This document shows positions 12,344-22,544 of a stretch of DNA of 64,000 nt, in pieces. Source of the stretch: a bacterium (lineage in GTDB: Bacteria; UBA8248); the NCBI GenBank assembly GCA_965204535.1, contig OZ241996.1, forward strand, positions 320,001-384,000. The letters are read 5' to 3'. The first letter of the stretch is position 1; each line of letters begins with the position of its first letter. The notes under the pieces are model-generated. The model worked only from the letters and a program-made list of their open reading frames with translations, was not told the DNA's origin and searched no databases. Made by a program: the position numbers and the translations under genes.

Positions 12344-13363
12344 ATGACAGCCATTGCTGATCTGGTCAAACCCACCGGCCTGGAGCCCCAGTCGGATAGT
12401 TTGACCGATACTTTCGGCCGTTTTGTCGCCGAACCCCTGGAGCGCGGGTATGGCGTTACGCTGGGCAATGCGCTCCGCCGGGTGATCTTGTCTTCACTGC
12501 AGGGAGCCGCTTTCACGGGCGTGCGCATCGAGGGGGTATTTCACGAGTTTTCGAGCATTCCAGGCGTCATGGAGGATGTGACGGAGATCATCCTGAATCT
12601 CAAGGACATCGTCATCGAGGTGGAATCGGAAACCTTGCCGGTTCACATGCATTACCGGCATTCGGGTTCGGCCGGCGTATTCAAGGCGGGAGACATCAAA
12701 GCCCCTGCGGGCGTGAAGGTGCTGACCCCCGACATCGAGATCGCCAACATGAACGATGAGGCGGAACTCGAAGTGGAACTCGTGGCGAACATCGGCCGCG
12801 GCTACGTTCCCGCGGAGAGAAACGTGGATCTGACGCTCGGCCCCCAGTTCATCCCGGTGGATTCCATCTTCTCTCCCATCCGCCGCTGCACCTTCCAGGT
12901 GGAGAAAACCCGGGTGGGCGACATCACGGACTACGACAAGCTGATTCTCGACGTGGAGACGAACGGAACCATCGCCCCCGTCGATGCGGTCGCCCACGCG
13001 GCGAAGATACTGAAGGACAACCTCCAGATATTCATCAATTTCGAGGAAGAGACCGAGCCCCAGGCGCCCAAGGTGGACGAGCGCAAGCAGAGAATCGTCG
13101 AGAGCCTCAGCAGGAGCGTGGAGGAACTCGAACTTTCGGTTCGCAGCTATAACTGCCTGAAAAACGCGCGTATCCGCACACTGGGCGAGTTGGTGCAAAA
13201 AACCGAGGCCGAGTTGCTGAAAACCAGGAACTTCGGGCGCAAGAGTTTGAATGAAATTCGTGATATCCTCACGGGCATGGGTTTGTCCCTGGGTATGGAT
13301 TTGAGCTATATGGATCTCTCGCCGCTCGATTTGAGCGCGCCGGAAGATTCCGAACAAGAATAG
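12344..13363 (+). CDS. rpoA: RNA polymerase subunit alpha
   Basis: [44 protein letters not shown]. Confidence 0.99.
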   Translation: MTAIADLVKPTGLEPQSDSLTDTFGRFVAEPLERGYGVTLGNALRRVILSSLQGAAFTGVRIEGVFHEFSSIPGVMEDVTEIILNLKDIVIEVESETLPVHMHYRHSGSAGVFKAGDIKAPAGVKVLTPDIEIANMNDEAELEVELVANIGRGYVPAERNVDLTLGPQFIPVDSIFSPIRRCTFQVEKTRVGDITDYDKLILDVETNGTIAPVDAVAHAAKILKDNLQIFINFEEETEPQAPKVDERKQRIVESLSRSVEELELSVRSYNCLKNARIRTLGELVQKTEAELLKTRNFGRKSLNEIRDILTGMGLSLGMDLSYMDLSPLDLSAPEDSEQE

Positions 13364-13374
13364 GACATAGATAG

Positions 13375-13797
13375 ATGCGGCATCGATGGCACGGCAGAAA
13401 ACTGGGGCGCACCTCGAAACATCGCGATGCGATGACGAGGAACATGGTGACTTCTCTCATCGACGAGGAGAGGGTGCGAACGACGCTGGCGAAGGCCAAG
13501 GAGGTTCGCCGCCACGCCGAGCGCATCATCACCACGGGCAAGAAGGGCACGCTCCATGCAAGGCGGCAGGTTGCCTCTTATCTCAAGACGCCCGCTGCGG
13601 TCGCCAAGCTCATGGAGACCATCGCCCCGAGATATGCGAAGCGACCCGGCGGCTACACCCGGATTCTGCGCCTCCCTCCCCGGCAGGGAGACGCCGCGCC
13701 CATGGCGCTCCTCGAGTTGGTCGACAGGGACACCACCAGGGAAGAAGAAAGGCGGGAGCGCCGCCGGAAGAGAAAAGAGGCGCAAGGGGAAGCGTAG
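13375..13797 (+). CDS. rplQ: 50S ribosomal protein L17
   Basis: MRHR...RKLGRT..HR, TTLAKAKE, RPGGYTRI, GDAAPMA. Confidence 0.99.
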   Translation: MRHRWHGRKLGRTSKHRDAMTRNMVTSLIDEERVRTTLAKAKEVRRHAERIITTGKKGTLHARRQVASYLKTPAAVAKLMETIAPRYAKRPGGYTRILRLPPRQGDAAPMALLELVDRDTTREEERRERRRKRKEAQGEA

Positions 13798-13821
13798 AGG
13801 CCCTCATATGAGAGACTCCCG

Positions 13822-13855
13822 AAAGGAGAGCCGCCGCGGCTCTCCTTTTTTGTTT
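13822..13855 (+). terminator. Rho-independent terminator of the alpha operon
   Basis: AAAGGAGAGCC-gccgc-GGCTCTCCTTT hairpin followed by TTTGTTT, just after the rplQ stop. Confidence 0.85.
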
Positions 13856-13867
13856 GCCTGAAATAAT

Positions 13868-14308
13868 GTGGAGACCGAACCATTGTCCGTTTCGAGAGGA
13901 CGCCCGGATGCAGACGGCTGTTTCGTATGCGGCCCCGAGAACCCGATTGGCCTGAAAATCGCGTTCCGGCTCGACGGCGATGTCTGCCGCGCCGAGTTCA
14001 CGCCGCAGTCCGTTCACCAGGGCTACGACGGCGTCACCCACGGCGGCATCGTCTTCAGCGTTCTCGATGACGTCATGGCGAACTGGCTTTTCCTCCAGGG
14101 AATTCGCGCCTACTCGGCGAGAAGCGAAATCCGCTACCGCGACCCCCTGCCCGTCGGCACCCCCTTGCTGATTGAGGGGAGACTCAAGAAGAAAAAAGGC
14201 AGGTTCGTCGTTATGGAGGGAAAAGCGACCAGAGCGGAAGACGGTCGCGCCGTCGCCGAGGCGGAGAGCACCTTCCATGTCGTGGAAGAGGATGCGGACG
14301 GTTCATGA
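13868..14308 (+). CDS. PaaI-family hotdog thioesterase
   Basis: [22 protein letters not shown]....LDD motif. Confidence 0.9.
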   Translation: METEPLSVSRGRPDADGCFVCGPENPIGLKIAFRLDGDVCRAEFTPQSVHQGYDGVTHGGIVFSVLDDVMANWLFLQGIRAYSARSEIRYRDPLPVGTPLLIEGRLKKKKGRFVVMEGKATRAEDGRAVAEAESTFHVVEEDADGS

Positions 14309-15420
14309 AAATCGGGCTGCTCAGGGAAATCAAACAGGATGAATACAGGGTCGCCTTGACGCCTGGCGCCGTAGAGGCTCTCGCGGAGGCGGGCCACACC
14401 GTGATGGTGGAAAAGGGCGCAGGCCTCGACGCCGGCATCGCGGATGCGGAATACGAGGCGGTGGGTGCGCATATCGTCTCCTCCGCGGAGGAACTCTGGG
14501 CCGAGGGGGAGATGATCGTCAAGGTCAAGGAGCCCCTGGAGCCGGAGTTTCCGATGATGCGCGAGGGGCAGATTCTGTTCGCCTTTTTGCATCTGGCCGC
14601 CTGCCGGCCCCTGGCGCGCGCACTCATCGAGAGCGGAGCCTACGGCATCGCGTTCGAGACGGTGACCTCGCCCGAAGGCGTTTTGCCGATTCTACAGCCC
14701 ATGAGCGAAATAGCGGGCAGGATGGCCGTCCAGGAGGGCGCCAAGTATCTGGGGAAAAACCTGGGCGGCCGCGGCGTCCTGCTGGCCGGGGCGCCGGGCG
14801 TTCCGCGGGGAAACGTAGTCATCCTCGGAGCGGGCATTGTAGGGAAGAACGCGGCCAAGATTGCAGTGGGCATGCACGCGGGCGTCACGGTTTTCGACAT
14901 CAATCACGCGCGCCTCGAATATATCGACGATATCTTCGACGGTCGGGTCAAGACGCTGGTATCCACGCGCTTTACCATACGCGAAGCCCTGCGCGAGGCG
15001 GATCTGGTCATCGGCGCCGTTTTGGTGCCTGGAGGCCGCACGCCGGTTCTGGTTTCGCGCGAGATGCTGGGGGAGATGAATCCCGGCGCCGTCATCGTGG
15101 ACGTGGCGGTGGACCAGGGCGGCTGCGTGGAGACGATACGGCCCACCTATCACTCGGATCCCACCTACGTCGTAGACGGCGTCGTCCACTACGGCGTGGC
15201 GAACATGCCGGGGGTCGTCCCCCGAACGAGCACCATCGCGCTCTCGAACGCCGTGCTGCCCTACGCCCTGGAACTGGCCAACTCAGGTCTCCAGGAAGCG
15301 GTGAGGCGCAATCCGCACCTCGCCGACGGCCTGAACGTGGCCGAAGGGCGCATCACACACGCGGGCGTGGCGGATGCCCTGCAAATGGAGGGCGCAAGCG
15401 TGGGGGAGGTGTTCGCCTAG
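14305..15420 (+). CDS. ald: Alanine dehydrogenase
   Basis: [45 protein letters not shown]. Confidence 0.96.
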   Translation: MKIGLLREIKQDEYRVALTPGAVEALAEAGHTVMVEKGAGLDAGIADAEYEAVGAHIVSSAEELWAEGEMIVKVKEPLEPEFPMMREGQILFAFLHLAACRPLARALIESGAYGIAFETVTSPEGVLPILQPMSEIAGRMAVQEGAKYLGKNLGGRGVLLAGAPGVPRGNVVILGAGIVGKNAAKIAVGMHAGVTVFDINHARLEYIDDIFDGRVKTLVSTRFTIREALREADLVIGAVLVPGGRTPVLVSREMLGEMNPGAVIVDVAVDQGGCVETIRPTYHSDPTYVVDGVVHYGVANMPGVVPRTSTIALSNAVLPYALELANSGLQEAVRRNPHLADGLNVAEGRITHAGVADALQMEGASVGEVFA

Positions 15421-16124
15421 CCGCCTTCTGCGACCGGGACGCTTGCGCTTTCAAGTGATTTCTTGATGAGGTCCAGTACGAATTTCCCTTGAATTTCCAG
15501 GTGCCTGATCACCAGGCGTTCAGCGGCTCTCGCGTCACCGTCGAGGATGGCATCGAGTATATCCTCGTGCTCGGCCATGGAATTATCGAGACGCCCGGGC
15601 GCGTGAAGCGTGACCACGCGGGTCTTCATGATCTGCTGCCGCAGGTTCCCGATGAGCCCCTGTAGTCTCGAGTTCTCGCAAGCGCTCGTGATGTGGCGGT
15701 GAAAGTCGCGGTTCGCCGCCCAGTATTCGTCCACTTCGCCGCGCTCGTGGTGGCGCTTCAACTGTTCGAAAAACGCATGGAGCGTTTCGTTCGCCCTGCC
15801 TTCGCGAAGATTCGGGGTCGCGAGGCGCGTGGCGAGGCCCTCGAGCACGCTCGTGATGGTGTAGATGTCCAGGACTTCATCTTCGCTCACGAGGCTCACG
15901 TGCGCCCCCTTGTGCGGGACGACGGTGATGTAGCCCTCCGCCGCAAGTTCCCGGAAGGCTTCGCGGAGCGGGGTTCTGCTCACGCCCATCGATTCGGTGA
16001 GCGTCGTCTCGACCAGCTTGTCTCCCGGCTGGAAGATGCCGCTCAGAATGGCGTCTTTTATCTGTTCCGACACCATCTTGCTCAGGGATTTGGGTTTTTC
16101 GATCTGAACGCCCGGTATCCGCAC
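15417..16124 (-). CDS. GntR-family (FCD/FadR-type) transcriptional regulator
   Basis: GVSRTPLREA wHTH; FCD residues N..FH and EH..I..AI. Confidence 0.93.
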   Translation of the reverse strand: MRIPGVQIEKPKSLSKMVSEQIKDAILSGIFQPGDKLVETTLTESMGVSRTPLREAFRELAAEGYITVVPHKGAHVSLVSEDEVLDIYTITSVLEGLATRLATPNLREGRANETLHAFFEQLKRHHERGEVDEYWAANRDFHRHITSACENSRLQGLIGNLRQQIMKTRVVTLHAPGRLDNSMAEHEDILDAILDGDARAAERLVIRHLEIQGKFVLDLIKKSLESASVPVAEGG

Positions 16125-16205
16125 CTCAATCCCCCCGCGAGCCCTTGCGAAGTCTGGGCGCCATAATGGCGGATAAGTCTCCGAAGATTTTCATGCTCCC
16201 GAGCC

Positions 16206-17396
16206 TCACACCACGCCTTCGTCTCGAAGGACGTTTCTTTGCGCCTCATCCATGCCGAGGACGGATTCGAGCACCTCTTCTGTGTGCTGGCCCAGCGTGG
16301 GCGGCGGCGTCCGCACCGCGCCCGGGGTTTCGGAGAGCTTGATGGGTACGCCGGTCACCTTCGTGGGGCCGGCGACGGGCACGTCGATATCCACCACCAT
16401 CTCGCGCGCGAGAATCTGGGGCTCGTTCAACACCTGCTCAAGATTGTTGATGGGGCCGCACGGGATGCCCGCTCCCCGCAGGGTTTCGATCGTTTCTCCC
16501 ACCGTCTTCTCGGCGAAGAAGGGGTCGAGAATCCCCTGGAGCTCCAGGCGGTTGTCCACCCTGTCCTTGTTGACGGCGAATTTGGGGTCTTCCTTGATGT
16601 GCCCCAACCCCATCGCGTCGCAGAACCTGCGCCAGAGGCTGTCGTTGCCCACGCCGAGGTTGAAGTAGCCATCCTGGCACTTGTATGTCTCATACGGCGT
16701 GATGGAGGGATGCTTGTTCCCCCGCCTGGGCGGAAGCTTTCCGGTCCCGAAGTAGTTGTTCGCGTGGTAGGTGAGCAGGGCCACCTGCCCGTCGAGCATG
16801 CCGACGTCGACCATCTGCCCGACGCCCGTTTTCTCGCGGTGGTAGAGGGAGAGCAGAACCCCTTGGGCGGCGAGCATTCCTGCCGTGATGTCCCCAATGG
16901 ATGCGCCAAACTTGCTGGGCGGGCCGTCGGGCTCTCCGGTGATGCTCATGATTCCGCCCTCGCCCTGGATGACCACGTCGAAGCCGGGCTCGTTTTTCCG
17001 GGGGCCGGTCTGGCCGAAGCCCGAGAGCGAGGCGAATATCACCGCCGGGTTGATGCGGTGGATCTCCTCCCAGGAAAACCCGAGCTTGTCCAGCGTGCCG
17101 GGCCGGAAGTTCTCCACGACGACGTCGCCCTTGCGAATCAGATCGCGCAGGAGTTCCTTGCCGCGCTCGTCCTTCAGGTTGAGCGTGAGGCTTTTCTTGT
17201 TGCGGTTAATGGAGATGAAGTATGTGCTCACCCCGTTCAGAAAGGGTGGCCCCCAGCCTCGGGTGTCGTCCCCGCCCTGGGGATGTTCGATCTTGATGAC
17301 CTCCGCGCCCATATCGCCCAGCATCATGGTGCAATACGGGCCTGCGAGAATGCGCGTCAGATCGACTACGCGAACGCCTTCGAGTGGTCCAGCCAT
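16206..17396 (-). CDS. Class III (CaiB/BaiF) CoA-transferase
   Basis: DLTRILAGP, GAEVIKIE, NRNKKS, ENFRPG, SGFGQTGP, catalytic D in IGDITAG. Confidence 0.95.
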   Translation of the reverse strand: MAGPLEGVRVVDLTRILAGPYCTMMLGDMGAEVIKIEHPQGGDDTRGWGPPFLNGVSTYFISINRNKKSLTLNLKDERGKELLRDLIRKGDVVVENFRPGTLDKLGFSWEEIHRINPAVIFASLSGFGQTGPRKNEPGFDVVIQGEGGIMSITGEPDGPPSKFGASIGDITAGMLAAQGVLLSLYHREKTGVGQMVDVGMLDGQVALLTYHANNYFGTGKLPPRRGNKHPSITPYETYKCQDGYFNLGVGNDSLWRRFCDAMGLGHIKEDPKFAVNKDRVDNRLELQGILDPFFAEKTVGETIETLRGAGIPCGPINNLEQVLNEPQILAREMVVDIDVPVAGPTKVTGVPIKLSETPGAVRTPPPTLGQHTEEVLESVLGMDEAQRNVLRDEGVV

Positions 17397-17409
17397 GAAT
17401 GTCGCTCCA

Positions 17410-18534
17410 TCAGGTTCGGATGAGTGATATCAGCACGCCGGCCGCAATCGCCGAGCCGATGACGCCCGCCACGTTGGGGCCCATCGCGTGCATGAGCAGA
17501 AAATTGCCCGGATTCTCGTCGGCCCCCACCTTCTGGACGACGCGGGCCGCCATGGGGACCGCGCTCACGCCCGCCGCCCCGATGAGGGGATTGATCGGCG
17601 TGCGGCTGCACGCCGCCATGATCTTGCCGAAGATGACGCCGGTGGCCGTGCCGATGCCGAAGGCGATGAAGCCGAGCAGGAGGATGCCGATGGTCTCCCA
17701 CTTGAGGAAAGTCTCCGCCGTCATCGAAGCGCCCACCGAGACGCCGAGAAAAATCGTCACGATGTTGAGCAGCGCATCTTCGGAAGTCTTCAAGAGCCTC
17801 TCGACGACCCCGCACTCGCGGAAGAGGTTCCCGAGCATGAGCATCCCGATGAGGGGCGCCGCCGATGGCAGGAGAAGGCCCGTGAGCAGCGTGGTGATGA
17901 TGGGGAAGAGGATGCGGACGGGTTTTTCGATATCTTTTAGCTGCATCATCTCCCGCGAGCGTTCCTCGCTGTTCGTCAGCGCCTTCATGATGGGGGGCTG
18001 TATCATCGGAACGAGCGCCATATAGCTGTAGGCGGCCACGGCGATGGGGCCGAGCAGGTGGGGCGCCAGTTTCGAGGCAGTGTAGATGGCCGTGGGGCCG
18101 TCCGCCCCGCCGATGATGCCGATGGCGCCGGCTTCGGAGAGGTTGAAGCCCAGGAATATGCTCCCGAGCAGCGTGGCGAAAATGCCGAACTGCGCCGCAG
18201 CTCCGAGGAGCAGCGTCTTGGGGTTCGCCAGCAGCGGGCCGAAGTCCGTCAGCGCTCCGATGCCCATGAATATCAGGGGCGGAAACACGCCCGCCTTCAC
18301 CCCGAAATAGAAATAATGGATGAGGCCGCCTTTATCGAAAATGCCGGTTTCAGGGAGGTTCGAGAGCAGCATGCCGAACCCGATGGGCACCAGGAGCAGG
18401 GGTTCGAACCCCTTCTGGATGGCCAGATAGAGGAGGAGGCAGGAGATAGCGAGCATGAGGACGTCGCCGAAATGAAGTGACGCGAACCCGGTAAGGGAGA
18501 TGAATTCGGCGACCGAGTGGAACAGGCGGCTCAT
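17410..18534 (-). CDS. Na+-translocating decarboxylase beta subunit (OadB/MmdB/GcdB)
   Basis: [54 protein letters not shown]; start moved to MSRLFH (ATG 18534). Confidence 0.96.
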   Translation of the reverse strand: MSRLFHSVAEFISLTGFASLHFGDVLMLAISCLLLYLAIQKGFEPLLLVPIGFGMLLSNLPETGIFDKGGLIHYFYFGVKAGVFPPLIFMGIGALTDFGPLLANPKTLLLGAAAQFGIFATLLGSIFLGFNLSEAGAIGIIGGADGPTAIYTASKLAPHLLGPIAVAAYSYMALVPMIQPPIMKALTNSEERSREMMQLKDIEKPVRILFPIITTLLTGLLLPSAAPLIGMLMLGNLFRECGVVERLLKTSEDALLNIVTIFLGVSVGASMTAETFLKWETIGILLLGFIAFGIGTATGVIFGKIMAACSRTPINPLIGAAGVSAVPMAARVVQKVGADENPGNFLLMHAMGPNVAGVIGSAIAAGVLISLIRT

Positions 18535-18947
18535 GAGACCTCCAGCAGCAGTTGAGAGGCTTCGACCTTGTCGCCCTTGCGCACGTGAACCGCCTGAACG
18601 ACGCAGTCCGAATCCGCCAGAATCACGTTCTCCATCTTCATCGCCTCCAGCACCAGGAGCGTATCGCCTGCGCGCGCCGAATCGCCCGGTGCGACCTCGA
18701 CGGAGAGGACCACGCCCGGAAGCGGAGCCAGTATCTTCCCGCCGACGCTCGTCGCCCGGGGCGCGGGCTTGCGCGCGGCGGCCGGACGCGGAGCGGGGGT
18801 AGCGGAGGGGACGGCCTTCTCCTCTTCTTCCACCCCCACGCGATGCGTCTCGCCGTCTACCGTAATCTCGAGTTCGTCCGAGCCGGGGCCGCGCTCCACG
18901 CTCACCGCGTAGCGCTTTCCGTTGATGGTCAGATGGAAATTTCTCAC
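18531..18947 (-). CDS. Biotin carboxyl carrier subunit (MmdC-like)
   Basis: EAMKMEN biotinylation motif, Ala/Pro linker; start GTG 18947 ([10 protein letters not shown]). Confidence 0.93.
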   Translation of the reverse strand: MRNFHLTINGKRYAVSVERGPGSDELEITVDGETHRVGVEEEEKAVPSATPAPRPAAARKPAPRATSVGGKILAPLPGVVLSVEVAPGDSARAGDTLLVLEAMKMENVILADSDCVVQAVHVRKGDKVEASQLLLEVS

Positions 18948-19264
18948 CGACGCCTCCGCTGCATGGAATGGCCCCGGCGGGCGGTACGCGCCCATAGGGA
19001 ATCTGCGCCCCGGCGCACCGGGGGAACGAATATCTCGGGCCTTTCGGTTTCGAGGAAATATCCGGCGGCGGCGGCGAGGACGAGGTCCAGATCATCACCT
19101 TGTGCGGCGGTATCCGCATCCTCCGCCCCGGAGTCGGTCTCCTGAGGTCCTGAGCCGACGAATCTTTCCAGAAGCAGGATGACCGCCATCAGCACGAGCA
19201 GGGAGCCGAAGACGACGCCCATGCCGATGATCGTCAGTAAGATTCCGGGCATGAATGCATCCAC
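18944..19264 (-). CDS. Decarboxylase small membrane subunit (OadG/MmdD-like)
   Basis: N-terminal [17 protein letters not shown], then VLAAAAG and W...R tail; true start inside ORF 18944..19783. Confidence 0.85.
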   Translation of the reverse strand: MDAFMPGILLTIIGMGVVFGSLLVLMAVILLLERFVGSGPQETDSGAEDADTAAQGDDLDLVLAAAAGYFLETERPEIFVPPVRRGADSLWARTARRGHSMQRRRR

Positions 19265-19278
19265 GGGGAAATCCTTTT

Positions 19279-20841
19279 CTACAGCGGAATGTTTCCGTGT
19301 TTTTTCTGCGGCCGCTCCTCGCGCTTGTGCGCGGTCATTTCGAGCGCCCGGATGAGCGCGCCCCTCGTCTGGCGCGGCTCGATGATGACGTCCACGAGAC
19401 CGTATTTCGCCGCCGTGTAGGGGATTGCGAAAAGCCTCCGGTATTCCTCTATCTTCTCCCGGCGGACCTTTTCGGGGTCCTCGGCCTCGCCGATCTCGCG
19501 CCGGAAGATGATGTTGGCCGCGCCTTCGGGGCCCATGACGGCGATCTCGGCGAACGGATAGGCGAGAACACGGTCGTAGCCCAGGCCGAACCCGCTCATC
19601 GCGATGTAGGCGCCGCCGTAGCTTTTTCTGACGATCAAGGCGATTTTCGGCACGTTCGCCTCGCTGTAGGCGAAGAGCACCTTGGCCCCGTGGCGGATGA
19701 CGCCGCCGTATTCCTGCTGGGTGCCGGGCAGATAGCCGGGCACGTCCACGAAGTTGACGAGAGGGAGGTTGAAGGCGTCGCAAAAGCGCACGAAGCGCGC
19801 GAGCTTGTCAGAACTGTCGATGTCGAGGACGCCGGCCAGGTGCGTGGGCTGGTTCCCCACGACGCCGACGGGTCTTCCCCCCAGGCGCGCGAAGCCGACG
19901 ACGATGTTTTTGGCGAACTCCGCGTGAACCTCCAGGAAATCGCCGTCGTCGAAGACATTGGTTATCAGGTCGCGTACGTCGTAGGCGTTCGTGGCCTCCG
20001 CCGGGACGACCCCGTCGAGTTCGGGGTTCTCATCGGGCGGCCACTCGGGCGGGTCGGACAGGGGCGGGTCGTCGAGATTGTTCGACGGCAGGAAGGAGAG
20101 CAGCTTCTTCACCATCCCGAAGCATTCGCGCTCGTCTCTGGCGAGAAAATGCGCGTTCCCGCTCGTCGAGCTGTGCACCGCGCCGCCGCCCAACTCCTCG
20201 ACGGATACGTCTTCTCCCGTCACCGCCTTGATGACCTCAGGCCCGGTGATGAACATCTTGCTCAGCCCGTCGACCATGAAGACGAAGTCCGTGATGGCGG
20301 GGGAGTAGACCGCCCCGCCCGCGCAGGGACCTAAGATGATCGATATCTGCGGGATCACGCCCGACGCGTGGGTGTTGTTCTTAAAGATTTGCGCGTATCC
20401 GTGAAGCGCGAGTACGCCCTCGTGGATGCGCGCGCCGCCCGAATCGAGAATGGTGACGATGGGCGCGCCCGCCTTCATGGCGAGTTCCTGCATCTTCACG
20501 ATTTTTTCCGCGTGCATCTCGCCCAGCGAGCCGCCGAGGGCGCCGAAATCCTGAGAAGCCACGAATACGAGCTGGCCGTTCACGCGCCCGCTGCCGGTGA
20601 TGACGCCGTCCCCGGGGGAGCGCCGCGCATCCATCCCGAAATCCGTGGCGCGCGTTTCGACGAAAAGGTTGAGTTCGGAAAAACTATCGGGGTCGAGCAG
20701 GAGGTCGATGCGCTCCCTGGCGGTGAGCTTCCCCTGCTTGTGCTGGCGCTCTTTCGCCGCCTCGCCGCCCAGCGCCTGCGCCTGTGAGGTAAGCTCCTTC
20801 AGCTCTTCTATCGGGTCCGGTCGATCCGGGTCGGGAGGCAA
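19279..20841 (-). CDS. Acyl-CoA carboxyltransferase (MmdA/PccB-like alpha subunit)
   Basis: GKLTARERI, DSGGARIHEG, GPCAGGAVY, VDVPGYLPG, AVMGPEGAA, KKHGNIPL. Confidence 0.95.
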   Translation of the reverse strand: MPPDPDRPDPIEELKELTSQAQALGGEAAKERQHKQGKLTARERIDLLLDPDSFSELNLFVETRATDFGMDARRSPGDGVITGSGRVNGQLVFVASQDFGALGGSLGEMHAEKIVKMQELAMKAGAPIVTILDSGGARIHEGVLALHGYAQIFKNNTHASGVIPQISIILGPCAGGAVYSPAITDFVFMVDGLSKMFITGPEVIKAVTGEDVSVEELGGGAVHSSTSGNAHFLARDERECFGMVKKLLSFLPSNNLDDPPLSDPPEWPPDENPELDGVVPAEATNAYDVRDLITNVFDDGDFLEVHAEFAKNIVVGFARLGGRPVGVVGNQPTHLAGVLDIDSSDKLARFVRFCDAFNLPLVNFVDVPGYLPGTQQEYGGVIRHGAKVLFAYSEANVPKIALIVRKSYGGAYIAMSGFGLGYDRVLAYPFAEIAVMGPEGAANIIFRREIGEAEDPEKVRREKIEEYRRLFAIPYTAAKYGLVDVIIEPRQTRGALIRALEMTAHKREERPQKKHGNIPL

Positions 20842-20860
20842 TGCGCTTCTCCTGGAAAAA

Positions 20861-20876
20861 TGTATATTGCATACAA
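20861..20876. promoter_or_regulatory. Candidate GntR/FCD operator upstream of the decarboxylase operon
   Basis: TGTATATTGCATACAA (TGTAT..ATACA dyad) about 20 bp upstream of the TTG start; operon ends in a GntR gene. Confidence 0.45.
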
Positions 20877-20977
20877 TCAGCTTTGGGCTATAAAGTCAAG
20901 GTTTTCCGGGTGGGCCTGATGGGGTTTTGGGGAGAGAATCACAGCGGTGGGGAGAGAGAAAACGGCCGTTTCTATGC

Positions 20978-21567
20978 GGCTCTTGAAAAACCTTATTTCG
21001 TGATTCGGTGTATGGAACCGACCGGGGAGAAGGAGATTTCACTCCCCCCTTGAGGGGGTTATTGAAAAAGTCCCGTGGAGTGATTTTGGTTAAGCGCACG
21101 TTTTTGAAGTCAACTCCCCCCTTGAGGGGGAGTCGAAGAGCTGAGGGCGTAAGCCCGACAGCGATTCGGTGGGGGGTATAATACGGGCTGGCGATAAATC
21201 GCATTTTACCCCCCACCGCATCAGCCTTCGCACAAACCGCTCGGCTTCTGCGTCTGGCTTTCCCCTCGGGAAGCCAGACCCTCAAGGGGGGAGTGAAGTT
21301 CTTCTCTCGTCGGTCTGCAATGATCCTTAAGCCTTAAGGAAATGCTGAAAAAGCCGGCAATGCCGGGATTGCCGTCATTCCGGCGAAAGCCGGAATCCAG
21401 AGCCGATGGGTGTGGAGATACGGCGTTGCGTTTTTCTTCGATGAAGCGGGAATGTCGACTGAAAACAAAAAAAGGCGAAAAGCAAAACCCCTGGATTCCG
21501 GCATACGCCGGAATGACAAACCTTTTTCTTTCACTGACAGAACAGGCCGCATATATGCGGCCCCTAC
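20978..21567. repeat. Composite REP/REPIN cluster
   Basis: IS-like ends (TTGAAAAA); ~180-bp ACTCCCCCCTTGAGG...CCTCAAGGGGGGAGT element at 21113-21294; inverted GTCATTCCGGC-N4-GCCGGAATCCAG pair at 21374-21400/21491-21517; GGCCGCATATATGCGGCCCCTAC. Confidence 0.9.
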
Positions 21568-21590
21568 ACACGCGCCACCCGCCAGAGTCG

Positions 21591-22514
21591 CTAGGACGCC
21601 ATTTCCCACTCGGGGATGCCCGCGTGGAGGAGTTGTCCCGGCAGCTGGCGGTTCAGGATTTTCTCGGCATGGGCGACGGCTTCCAGGAGTTTCGGCAGGT
21701 CGACCCCGGTCTCGATCCCCATCTCGTGGAGCATGTTGATCGTGTCCTCGCTCGCGATGTTGCCCGTGGCGCGCGGCGCGAAGGGGCACCCGCCCAGGCC
21801 GCCGATGGAGGCGTCGAACGTGTCGACCCCGACTTCCAGGCCCGCCAGCAGGTTTGCCAGGCCGGCTCCCCTCGTGTTGTGGAGGTGGAGCGCGTAGCGG
21901 ACGGAGGGGAATTTGCCCCGAATGTGTTCGGTCAGCTTTTTGATTTCGGCCGGGTTCGACATGCCCACGGTGTCGGCGAGGCCGATTTCCCCGCAGCCCA
22001 TGTCCACGTATTCGCCGACCACCCACTCGACGTCCTCATAGGAGATGCGCCCCTCATACGGGCAGCCGAAGGTGGCGACCACGCCGCCCCGGAGCTTGAG
22101 GCCCGCATCCAGCGCCATTTTGGCGACTTCGCGGGCGACCCCGAGCATCGTCTCCCGGCTCGCGCGGATGTTCTTCTGGTTGAACGTCTCGCTGGCGGCG
22201 ACGAACAGCATGACGCCGTCGAGTTCGCACTCGAGCGCGCGCTCCATGCCGCGCACGTTGGGGACCAGGGCTTCATACTCGGCATCTGGGCTGCGCTTAC
22301 ACCCGGCCAGCACCTCCTTTGCGTCTTTAAGCTGCGGGACGTGCCTGGGACTCACGAAACTCGTCACCTCGACCCGGCGGACGCCCGCGTCGGTGATGGT
22401 GTCGAGAAGCTTTATCTTATCCTCGGGCGATATGTATTTCTTTTCGTTCTGGAGGCCGTCCCGCGTGCCCACTTCGACGATATCGACCTTCGTGGGGAGA
22501 CTCATCGCATTCAT
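21591..22514 (-). CDS. HMG-CoA lyase family protein (DRE-TIM)
   Basis: RDGLQNE, LADTVG, HLHNTRG, GGLGGCPFAP.ATGNIASED. Confidence 0.93.
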   Translation of the reverse strand: MNAMSLPTKVDIVEVGTRDGLQNEKKYISPEDKIKLLDTITDAGVRRVEVTSFVSPRHVPQLKDAKEVLAGCKRSPDAEYEALVPNVRGMERALECELDGVMLFVAASETFNQKNIRASRETMLGVAREVAKMALDAGLKLRGGVVATFGCPYEGRISYEDVEWVVGEYVDMGCGEIGLADTVGMSNPAEIKKLTEHIRGKFPSVRYALHLHNTRGAGLANLLAGLEVGVDTFDASIGGLGGCPFAPRATGNIASEDTINMLHEMGIETGVDLPKLLEAVAHAEKILNRQLPGQLLHAGIPEWEMAS

Positions 22515-22544
22515 TCTCCTGCGTGATTTAAGGATTCGTTCCCG

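Noticed and set aside
18535-19119. Apparent long N-terminal extension of the decarboxylase beta subunit (ORF 17410..19119)
   Set aside because: It overlaps the biotin-carrier and OadG-like genes in other frames; the real start is ATG 18534.
20896-21739. ORFs containing WIPAFAGMT, LPLKGGV or FFNNP peptides here and at 26.5, 28.9, 30.7, 33.5, 43.6 and 47.5 kb
   Set aside because: These are translations of the REP/MITE repeats, not a protein family.
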